From Octopus sinensis (Eukaryota), in assembly GCF_006345805.1 (NCBI RefSeq), contig NC_043001.1:84816001-84880000 (forward strand): a stretch of 64,000 bases of DNA. Reading direction: 5' to 3'. A program made the translations under genes and the position numbers. The notes below the pieces were generated by a model. That model was given only the letters and a program-made list of their open reading frames with translations. It had not been told where the DNA came from and made no database searches. Shown here one piece after another: positions 54,845 to 64,000 of this stretch (the first letter of the stretch is position 1; the number at the start of each line of letters is the position of its first letter).

Positions 54845-54887
<43 letters not shown>

Positions 54888-54996
54888 TATATATATAATA
54901 TATATATATATATTATATATATATATATTTACATACCAATTGTCGTATAAGATAAGCACCCGAAGAATTGTATCTATCACATAAAGCTAAACTTAC

Positions 54997-55103
54997 GGAA
55001 CGGACTCGGCTAACATTCCGCATGGTAATAGAATACACAAAACTAGTATGTAGATCATCCATGCATGCTCAGCATTGTACAATTGGAAAATAAAGAAACG
55101 CAT
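54997..55103 (-). CDS. Candidate first coding exon with signal peptide: MRFFIFQLYNAEHAWMIYILVLCILLPCGMLAESV(P)
   Basis: ATG at 55103 (alternative ATG at 55058); hydrophobic core IYILVLCILLP and a plausible MLA/ES cleavage site; consensus GTAAGT donor right after; non-repetitive upstream sequence. Confidence 0.45.
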
Positions 55104-55478
55104 CTAATCATAACACCGGAACTCCATGGTCACATCAAAACCTCATGCTTCTGTCAAATGTACCAATGAATTCACGATGATCTAACGTGCTAGCTGTCTT
55201 TATTTGCATTGATTTGTGAGTATACAGTTGTATTGCACAACTCTATTGAAGCTATCGACACCTGGGCTCCCACGCTTCCATCCAAGCGACGAAGAATGAT
55301 TTCGTCCACACTGAAGTGTTACTACATGAAGGAGATTGCGAAATGGCCGTAAACTTAAGGTTGTAAACGTAGTAAATATATACACATCTCTCATACGTCC
55401 TGAATTGTATGGTTTACACACACACATAAATATATATATGTGTGTGTGCGTCGCTGTGCGTGTATATATATGTATACG

Positions 55479-55567
<89 letters not shown>

Positions 55568-55679
55568 CAGCCGAAATTGCGAGGATGATCCGGTTCTTGA
55601 CTGAAGATTAGAGGCTTCGAATGACCCGTCCGTGTTTCTTGTATCGTCTATTTGAATGTTTTGCGTTCTTGTCCTATTT

Positions 55680-55745
<66 letters not shown>

Positions 55746-56351
55746 CATATATATACATATATACATACATAAGAAATCACTCGAAGCTCATAGGTAAGGC
55801 TGCAAATATTAGCGTGTAAATCTTGGGAGGACCGACTGCTGCCATTGGCATTATTCACCGAAAAGGTTTTTTTCAAGCCAACATATATTTAGATGCTATA
55901 ATTTATAGCTTTATATGTGAGCTTCGCGATACCCTCAAAGCACGATTAATTCCGGTCCTCTCAAAAGTTTATAATATTCTTATGATGTCAACACAGACAG
56001 ACAGATTGACATTGTAACACACACAGACACAGACAAACAGACACACACATAAACAAACACAAACACACACATATGTAATTGATTTAGGCAGGAATAAGGA
56101 TATATGTACCATAAAGAATTACTATAAACGTTATTCTAGCAAGGCAGGTGATTCTAACACCCTCAGTCATATGTGTGCGTATGTGCGCACAGATGTGTAT
56201 GTGTATGTGCGCGTGTTGTGTGTGTGTATTTCTAAACATATATAACAAGATGTATGTGAAATTTTGTGAGTGTGTGTTTCCTTAGATAAAAGCAAATGAT
56301 ACCTATGAAACCCAAAGAACACGCACATTCGAAAATTAGAATATCACTTAC

Positions 56352-56428
56352 GGGCATATGGCGTAGTGGTTAAGAGCGCGGGCTACTAACCCCAATATTC
56401 CAAGTTCGATTCCAGGCCTGGTGACTTG
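56352..56428 (+). mobile_element. tRNA-derived SINE head (Pol III A and B boxes), family D
   Basis: A box TGGCGTAGTGG at 56359-56369, B box AGTTCGATTCC at 56403-56413, a CTACTAA loop, and poorly pairing stems, so not a functional tRNA. Directly followed by (AAT)n. Confidence 0.75.
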
Positions 56429-56450
56429 AATAATAATAATAATAATAATG

Positions 56451-56528
<78 letters not shown>

Positions 56529-56531
<3 letters not shown>

Positions 56532-58744
56532 CTACAGACCTATAACCTGCCAAACTACAGACCAATAACCTAAAAACTACAGACCAATAACCTGCCTCCC
56601 TACTATGTTCAAGGCATTTACTGCAGTGATATCGCAAAGGCTGAAGAAGCACCTGGACGAAAACAAACTGTTCCCAGAAGAGCAGAAAGGATGCCGCAAG
56701 GGCTCATATGGCTGTAAAGATCAACTAATGATTAATAAAGCCGTAACTGAAGACAGCCACAGAAAGAAGAAAGGCCTCAGTATGGCCTGGATTGACTACA
56801 AAAAGGCGTTTGATAGCATCCCCCACACATGGATCCTCGAAACACTAGCCATTAACAAAGTAGCACCAACAATCATAAAATTCATAGAGCACTCTATGAA
56901 TAAATGGCAAACAGTCCTACACCTCCAAACAAAAGAGGGACTAATGAAAACCAAAGACATCCCCATTAGAAGAGGAATATTCCAGGGAGACACGCTCTCT
57001 CCACTCCTTTTCTGCTTGGCACTGTCACCTCTATCTGATATGCTAAATAGAACTGGATGCGGATATAAATGTTACGGCAAAACGATCAGCCACCTTTTAT
57101 ATATGGATGACCTAAAACTATACGCTGCAAATGACAAACAGCTGGAAACACTATTAAAGACAGTTCATGGATTTACCAAAGAAATAGATATGAAATTTGG
57201 ATTAGAAAAATGCGCCAAAGTAACCATGAAAAGAGGAAAACTAGTTAAGAGTAACAACATCACACCAGATAAAACCAATGAAATAAAAGAATTAGACCAA
57301 AGCCAAACTTACGAATACTTAGGAATCCATGAACTAGATAAGACACAACACACACAAATGAAGGAGAAAATAAAAAAAGAATATTATAGACGAGTTAGAT
57401 CAATACTAAAACCAGAGCTCAATGCTAAAAACAAGATAATAAGTATCAACACTTTAGCTGTCCCAGTTATAAGTTACAGCTACAATATCCTACAATGAAC
57501 TGTCCAAAATAGATAGGAAAACAAGAAAAATACTGACAGAATCTAGGATGCATCAGCCAAAATCTGACATAGAAAGACTATATATACAACGTATAGAAGG
57601 TGGTAGAGGCCTTATACAGCTGGAAAACTACTATAAAATAACCACCATAGGACTGCAAAAATACCTACTTCAGAAGGAAGGAAAACTGATCCAGATAGCA
57701 GCAAAACACGAGCAAAACAAAAAAAAGTTCTCAGTATTTAAGGAAGCTGACAAATACAAACAAGAAATCATACCACCTAATAAACACAAAGAAGAAGAAG
57801 AAGATGATGAAGAAACAACAAAAGCTATAAAACAAATGAAATCCAAACTAAAAATAGAACAGCAACGAGCCATGATAAAACGATGGCAAGAAAAACCCCT
57901 TCATGGTAAATACTGCACTAAACTAAACGCAAAAGAAATAGACAAAGAAAAATCCCAGCAATGGTTGAGAAGCTCAGGACTCAAAGCAGAAACAGAGGGA
58001 TTTTTAATTGCAGCACAAGACCAAAGCCTCCCCACCAGAAATTACCAAGAACATGTAATGAAAAGAAATATTACAAGTAACTGCAGAATATGTGGAGATG
58101 GACAAGAAACAATAAATCATATTATCTCTGGCTGCCCAGTCCTGGCTAAGAAGGAATATATTCACAGACACAACAGATTTGGGACCTATATACACTGGAA
58201 ACTATGCCAACATTATGGAATAACAACAGAAAAAAGATGGTATAGGCACACACCAGAAAAGGTCACAGAAAACGAGAAAGCAACCATACTCTGGGATATG
58301 CCGATACACACAGATAGAGAAATTAAGGCCAACAGACCAGATATAGTTGTCAGAGATCATGAAGAAAAAAATGCTTTCTAATTGATGTATCAATACCGGC
58401 AGATGACAACGTGTCTCTAAAATAAATGGAGAAACTCTCAAAATACAAAGACCTGGAAATAGAGGTAACTAGAATGTGGAAGCTGAAAACAGAAACAATT
58501 CCTATCATAGTAGGTGCATTAGGCATGATAAAAAAATATTCAGACAAATACATAACAAAAACACCAGGACTTACAAACACATATAACATACAGAAAATTG
58601 CACTACTAGGCACTGTACAAATCCTACGCAGAACACTTTCCATACAATAACCATCAGAGCATCACAACAAATCACAGCACATACCCAAGGCACACAGAGC
58701 TGCGCTCGGTAGTGAAGTGAAAGCACGCTATAAAAATAAAACTA

Positions 58745-58780
<36 letters not shown>

Positions 58781-58784
58781 TAAT
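56529..58784 (+). mobile_element. 5'-truncated R4/Dong-type retrotransposon (RT-CCHC-RLE), young copy, inserted in (AAT)n
   Basis: KNYRPITCLPTMFK, WIDYKKAFDSIPH, RGIFQGDTLSPLLF, HLLYMDDLKLY, CRICG..ETINHIISGC, and NRPDIVV..LIDVSIP. Two frameshifts and one premature TAA. (AAT)n at 56429-56527 and at 58749-58784. Confidence 0.93.
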
Positions 58785-58946
58785 CCCTTAGGAATGAGAA
58801 CCCAGATTCAAAATTTTCCATAGACACCTGATGAAGGCTAGAGAGTATTCTGCAGAAACGTTGTGCTAACAACAAACGAGATGAGGACAAATATCCGTCA
58901 AATGTAAATAACGTACATAATTCCTCATCTCTTAAATACAGAACTG
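58785..58946 (+). mobile_element. PLE-like 3' segment with hammerhead and 10-bp terminal hairpin; inferred 3' half of the family D SINE
   Basis: Contains the HHR at 58823-58867 and the pair GAGATGAGGA (58878-58887) / TCCTCATCTC (58922-58931). Confidence 0.6.
58823..58867 (+). ncRNA. Minimal type I hammerhead ribozyme (helix II degenerate)
   Basis: GACAC-CUGAUGA-aggcuagagaguauucugca-GAAA-CG-UU-GUGCU. Canonical core, palindromic AACGUU, helix I GACAC/GUGCU with one mismatch, predicted cleavage after 58862. Confidence 0.7.
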
Positions 58947-59318
58947 TATCACTTACGGTTACAGAAAACACTTGAGTGTAGCTTCATAATAATATAAATA
59001 TAGTAACAAAAAAAAAAAATCATATTTCAGACAAAGTAGACAACATTGCCAAACGCGAAGGAATATCTCATAATTAGGAAATTCAGAGAATTTTACCATT
59101 AGACCATAATTCTTTGGAATACTTTTCAGTATTTTCTTCACGACCTTATGATTCAATATAGTTATGTTTTCAAAGTAACTGTATTATATTGTGGAAATAT
59201 GAATATGCTTCACATATCATTTATCATGAATTTCACTGTTTAGCTCTCGAAGTAATCATTGTTAATGCTAGAATCTTGTCACCTCTCACAATATAAAAAC
59301 ATTTCTATACTGCCCCAG

Positions 59319-59554
59319 CAGAGAATGGTAAAAATGAAGATGCACTGGAACGGCTATTTAGACTCGAGGGGCTCGCACTTGCGGACAGCGGCAGCGGTGA
59401 GCAGGGATATGGTCCGAGGACCAAAATTGCTGGAAATCTCAACTGTCACATGCCTATTGGAGAGCGACCAATACCTAGACAGCATTTTACAAGTTCGCCC
59501 AGAAATCATCAGCTCCCAGTTTCGATTTCGTTATGTGGTATCTTGTTAAATTAA
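59319..59554 (+). CDS. Candidate coding exon (A)ENGKNEDALERLFRLEGLALADSGSGEQGYGPRTKIAGNLNCHMP...
   Basis: Acceptor atttctatactgccccAG at 59317-59318; 78-codon open frame; clearly more GC-rich than the flanks. No convincing donor. Confidence 0.33.
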
Positions 59555-60067
59555 GTAAAACGCAACTGTCTAAATCCACATCGAATTGATTGTAATTGTA
59601 ATTCTGAAGGTACAGCATTGTTACACATTGTGTAGCACTGATTCTACAAGAGAATTGCATTAAAATTATATTCGTCTGTTGAATAATCAGCAATCTACAG
59701 GTTAATGCAATCAGCTTGGTACTTTAATTGATCAAATATCTGAACGCTCAAGGCCAAAAATTTGTTAATCCGCCTTTACATTTCCTATATTCTGGCAATT
59801 TGGGGTGTGCAAAGACCAACAGAAGCGCCTCCATACGAAACATGGCCAAATTAGTTTCACAGTTCAAATCCTTATCGATTCTTCCCAAACGGCATTGTAG
59901 AGATAATGTGTGTGTATTTGCCGTATGTGTATGTATATATGTGTGTCTGTGTGTATACGTATATGTTTATATTAATATTTAGCAGAAAAAAAGGGTGACT
60001 CAAGGTCTGAGATTTCATATATATATGCACACACACACACACATATATATATATAGATATATATGTA

Positions 60068-60560
60068 TCTCTTATTATAAAAGGCAGATTTTATCTGCCT
60101 CCCTTTGGGAGTTATACAAATCTACAATATAGGATTTCTTCAATTACAATTTACCTAGCAGTTTTAAGAGTACAATGCATCGCGTCATGCCAGGTCCAGT
60201 TTTTAAAATTTAAACTCCAATTAAGCAAAATTTACAGAAAACTCACATTCTGGTGTGTGTGTCAAATGCTTTTCTTAGTCTGGTTTACACCACACGCAAA
60301 TGCACACACACAGTGGGCAACGAATAAAATGAAAGTAATTGACTTACTGTAGTGAGTGATTCTTTCACTCTGCTTCCCACTTCCTCTTTCCACCCATACA
60401 CACGCAAATATATAAATAAAATTGTAAGCTAACGTGCGTGTGTGTGAGTGGGTGTGTGTGGGTGTGCGCGCGTGTGTGTGTGTGTGAGGGTGCGTGTGTG
60501 TGTGTGTGTGTGTGCGTGTGCGTGAGTGTGTGATAGGAAAGTTTTTTACGACGAATATAA
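60068..60560 (+). mobile_element. Helitron-like 5' portion
   Basis: Starts A|TCTCTTATTATAAAAGG, the same pattern as the Helitron 5' end at 61734; no 3' CTAG seen. Confidence 0.45.
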
Positions 60561-60583
60561 CACCTATATCCAAGTAGCAGAAA

Positions 60584-60954
60584 GATAAGACAGTAAGGTG
60601 TGATTTGAGGGAGATTTGGCTGCTATTTCTACCATGTCTAGCTGCCATGTAGGGGTCTCCCTCATAGGCTCATACATACATATATACATAGATAAGACAG
60701 TAAGGTGTGATTTGGGGGAATTTGGCTGCTATTTCTACCAGGTCTAGCTGCCATGTAGGGGTCTCCCTCATAGGCTCATACATACATATATACATAGATA
60801 AGACAGTAAGGTGTGATTTGGGGGAAATTTGGCTGCTATTTCTACCAGGTCTAGCTACCATGTAGAGGTCCCCCTCATTGGCTCATATATATATACATAC
60901 ATAAGACAGTAAGGTGTGATTTGAGGGAGATTTGGCTGCTGTTTCTACCAGGTC
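60584..60954 (+). repeat. Tandem array, about 3.5 units of 103-107 bp
   Basis: Unit ATAAGACAGTAAGGTGTGATTTG.GGGA.ATTTGGCTGCTATTTCTACCA.GTCTAGCT.CCATGTAG.GGTC.CCCTCAT.GGCTCATA starts at 60584, 60691, 60797 and about 60900. Confidence 0.9.
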
Positions 60955-61312
60955 TGTTAGGCCTTCTCATGTAAACTCAAGCTTTCTCATGCCTTGACCA
61001 AAGCAGAGAATGTATTCTTTTATTCTTCTGCTTTTTCCAGCCATTGGTCTGTGGCCATGCTGGGGCAATGCCTTGAAGAATTGTAGTTTAATGAATCAAC
61101 TCCACTTTTATTTTTGTAAGCATTGTACATATTCTATCTGTTTCCTTTGTCAAACCACTAGGTGACAGGGATGTAAACAAACCAACATTCGTTGTCAAGC
61201 AGTGGTGGAGGACAATCACAAGCACAGACACGCACACACACACACATACATACATACACATATACACACATACATACATACATACATATATATATATGTG
61301 TGTATATATATA

Positions 61313-61571
61313 TTGCAGCGTGGAAGGTGTTTGTAAGCCATTTAAGAAACACACAAAAACCGTTACATTCACTTCAACATTTAAATTTAATTTGCCAAAA
61401 TATTTTCGTCGCTTTGAGACTGCGACCTGTTCACTGACAAAAATATCGTGCTAACAGGTCGCGGTCTCAAAGCGATGAAAATATTTTGACAAATTAAATT
61501 TAAATGTTGAAGTGAATCTAACGGTTTTTGTGTGTTTCTTAAATGGCTTATAAACACCTTCAACGCTGCAA
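61313..61571. repeat. Near-perfect hairpin: 119-bp arms, 21-nt spacer (PLE pLTR-like)
   Basis: 61313-61431 is the reverse complement of 61453-61571 with about 7 mismatches. Confidence 0.92.
61391..61441 (-). ncRNA. Hammerhead-like motif with G3-C8 core variant
   Basis: UUUGUCA-GUGAACA-g-GUCGC-agucucaaa-GCGAC-GAAA-AUAU-UU-UGGCAAA. 7-bp helix I, 5-bp helix II, palindromic helix III, UUU triplet. Confidence 0.5.
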
Positions 61572-61733
61572 CTGTTTTCGTTCCAGCACACGATCTCAGA
61601 TCAAGTCACTTGCTATGCAAGTACATCTCTGTAACTATATATATATTATATATATATATATATATGTATATTGGTAAAACAGTAAGATAACAAAAGAAAG
61701 AATGAGACCTCAATATTATGTAAATAGAGGAAA

Positions 61734-62128
61734 TCTTTATATATAAAAGTGAGGTTGTGTGTCTGTCTCCTACGATTTAGATTCCTAACTACTCCCACAT
61801 TTTGCGGTGCAGTTTAACCAAAACCGGGTATCTTATAGTCGTGATTGATATCGAGACCGTCTGGGTATTAGCGCGCGTCTACGATGAGTCTACGATTTAA
61901 AAAAAAATTTACCATCAATTTTTCCCATTTTTAATCCATTTTTGACATATATAAGGGAAGTAACTCTCTAAAATTTATTATTAAATCTCAGAACGTAAAA
62001 AGCTACAGTAACACCCCTCCCCCTTTGTGGTTAGCCATATTGAGATGGCTATTATACTTTACATCTCTAAAAATGCTTATATAATTATTTCCCTTACAAA
62101 CCCGAGCAACGCCGGGCGATACTGCTAG
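61734..62128 (+). mobile_element. Complete short non-autonomous Helitron
   Basis: 5' TC after A (A|TCTTTATATATAAAAG), 3' hairpin CCCG-agcaacgc-CGGG, then CTAG|T; inserted in an AT dinucleotide with no TSD. Confidence 0.85.
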
Positions 62129-62327
62129 TATATATATAAACGTATATATTTATGTATATATGAATGTAGGTATAATACACACACACACACATATATACAT
62201 ACCTACCTACATACATACATACATATATACATATATATATATATTATTCATATGCACATATAACATTCAAATATATAGATATATATACATATACATATAT
62301 TCAAGCACAACAATACACGTACATATA

Positions 62328-62408
<81 letters not shown>

Positions 62409-62511
62409 GTGTATATTTGTGCTTCAATATATGTATATGTATATATATCTATATATTTGTATGTATATATGTGCATATGAATATACACAGATATATGCAT
62501 ATTTATCTCTC

Positions 62512-62557
<46 letters not shown>

Positions 62558-63232
62558 ATATATATATATTGACCAGTGTGTGTGTCTGTGTGTCTGTGTG
62601 TCTGTATGTATGTATGTGGACGTGTATGTGCGGTGTGCATATGGGTATGCAGCTAAAGGATAAAAGCAAATATAAAAATGGTAAGCAATAAAACTAAAAT
62701 ACTCTTTAATTACAGGCAATATTCTCATAAATTCTCTGCCAAGTTATCTATTGGAAGATGCTATCTTTGACCTCATTATTCTCCGGCTTTGTTTTCCCCT
62801 TCTTTATCGTGATTCCATTGAGTCGTTTCCTCTATTGTTATACTATTCATATTAAGTGAAGCCTATCCCAGAGAAAATCTTTAAAAAATCGCGCGTAGCG
62901 ATGTTATCGAACGTAATAAATTTATGATTGTATATGTTTCAGTGTTAATTTTACATACATATATTCATACATACATGTATACATGCATGCATTCATGGAT
63001 GCATACATGCATGCATATATACATTTGTGCATACGTGGACACATGCCTTGCATACAGGCTTGTAAATGTATGTTTGTATTTGTATGTGCGTATAAGAAGT
63101 TAATTCACCCGTGTTATATCTATATCTATATCTAAATCTAAATATTTTCCTGCAACTTTTTGTGTATGTATATACAGATTTATATGTGTGTGTGTCTGTG
63201 TCTATGCATATTCATATATGTACACACACACA

Positions 63233-63297
<65 letters not shown>

Positions 63298-64000
63298 ATA
63301 TATATATATATATATATAACATCCAAATGGATTGTACATAGTTACATGAACGATATACTTCCACATGCTTACTCATTTTATACATATATATATATTTGCA
63401 TATATGATTTTTATGCATGTTTTTATAATCTATATATATATACGTGCGTATTTATACAAACATGCATGCATACATACATACATACATACATACACACACA
63501 TATATATATATATACATATATATGTAAAAATATATGTGTGTGTGTAATATGGTATTTGCAAATGTTTGCATAACAATATAGATACATACTCACTCATACA
63601 CAGGCACACAGGTACTCATTATTGATAAAGCAATATTTACAATACATTATCTGGGAAATGTCTACTTCGGATCAATAATCAATAATTGGTAAATGGCACC
63701 ATTATTGGCTACCGAACAGCTTACAATGAAGACCAATGACAGTAATCCGATAAGTCTGAACTCAGTGAAGAGACTGATACAAAATCAATACAAAAGACAT
63801 ATGCCTCTTTAGAAAAATGTTTTATCCTTCACGTAACGCTAAAGTAGTAGTGATTGTGTCTTGGCTGTCGAATCATAAACTGTTAAAGGCACTGTGCAAG
63901 CTGTGTAGTCGTTATTTTGAACACAGGGGACTTCCAACTACAGTGAAAGAAATACCAGAACTTTACTTCGTTGGAATCATTACTTATCCTTAATCATATT

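Noticed and set aside
56352-56428. Functional tRNA gene
   Set aside because: Acceptor and anticodon stems pair poorly and it runs straight into (AAT)n; treated as a SINE head.
56529-56597. Short regularly spaced repeats (also 60584-60954) as a CRISPR-like array
   Set aside because: No unique spacers, eukaryotic context and no cas genes; explained as a junction stutter and a tandem duplication.

Overview
AT-rich eukaryotic genomic DNA, mostly intronic or intergenic. It is full of (AT)n, (AC)n, (ATAC)n and (AAT)n microsatellites, which generate most entries in the ORF track. The repeat families resemble those of Octopus (coleoid cephalopod); this is recognition from memory, not a database hit. 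Transposable elements present: several tRNA-derived SINE families, three 5'-truncated RT + CCHC + restriction-like-endonuclease retrotransposons (R4/Dong type), a CR1/L2-group LINE 3' end, decayed mariner and maT/Tc1-like transposases, hAT and mariner MITEs, non-autonomous Helitrons, and many Penelope-like element (PLE) fragments. The clearest hidden signal is a set of minimal type I hammerhead ribozyme (HHR) motifs with self-complementary helix III. They include apparent compensatory core variants (U3-A8 and G3-C8 instead of C3-G8). One HHR lies in what reconstructs as a tRNA-headed SINE split by a Dong-type insertion into its internal (AAT)n. There is also a near-perfect 2.2-kb palindrome made from a PLE endonuclease/pLTR fragment. 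A few non-repetitive blocks with splice signals may be exons of a minus-strand host gene with a signal peptide; I cannot identify the gene.
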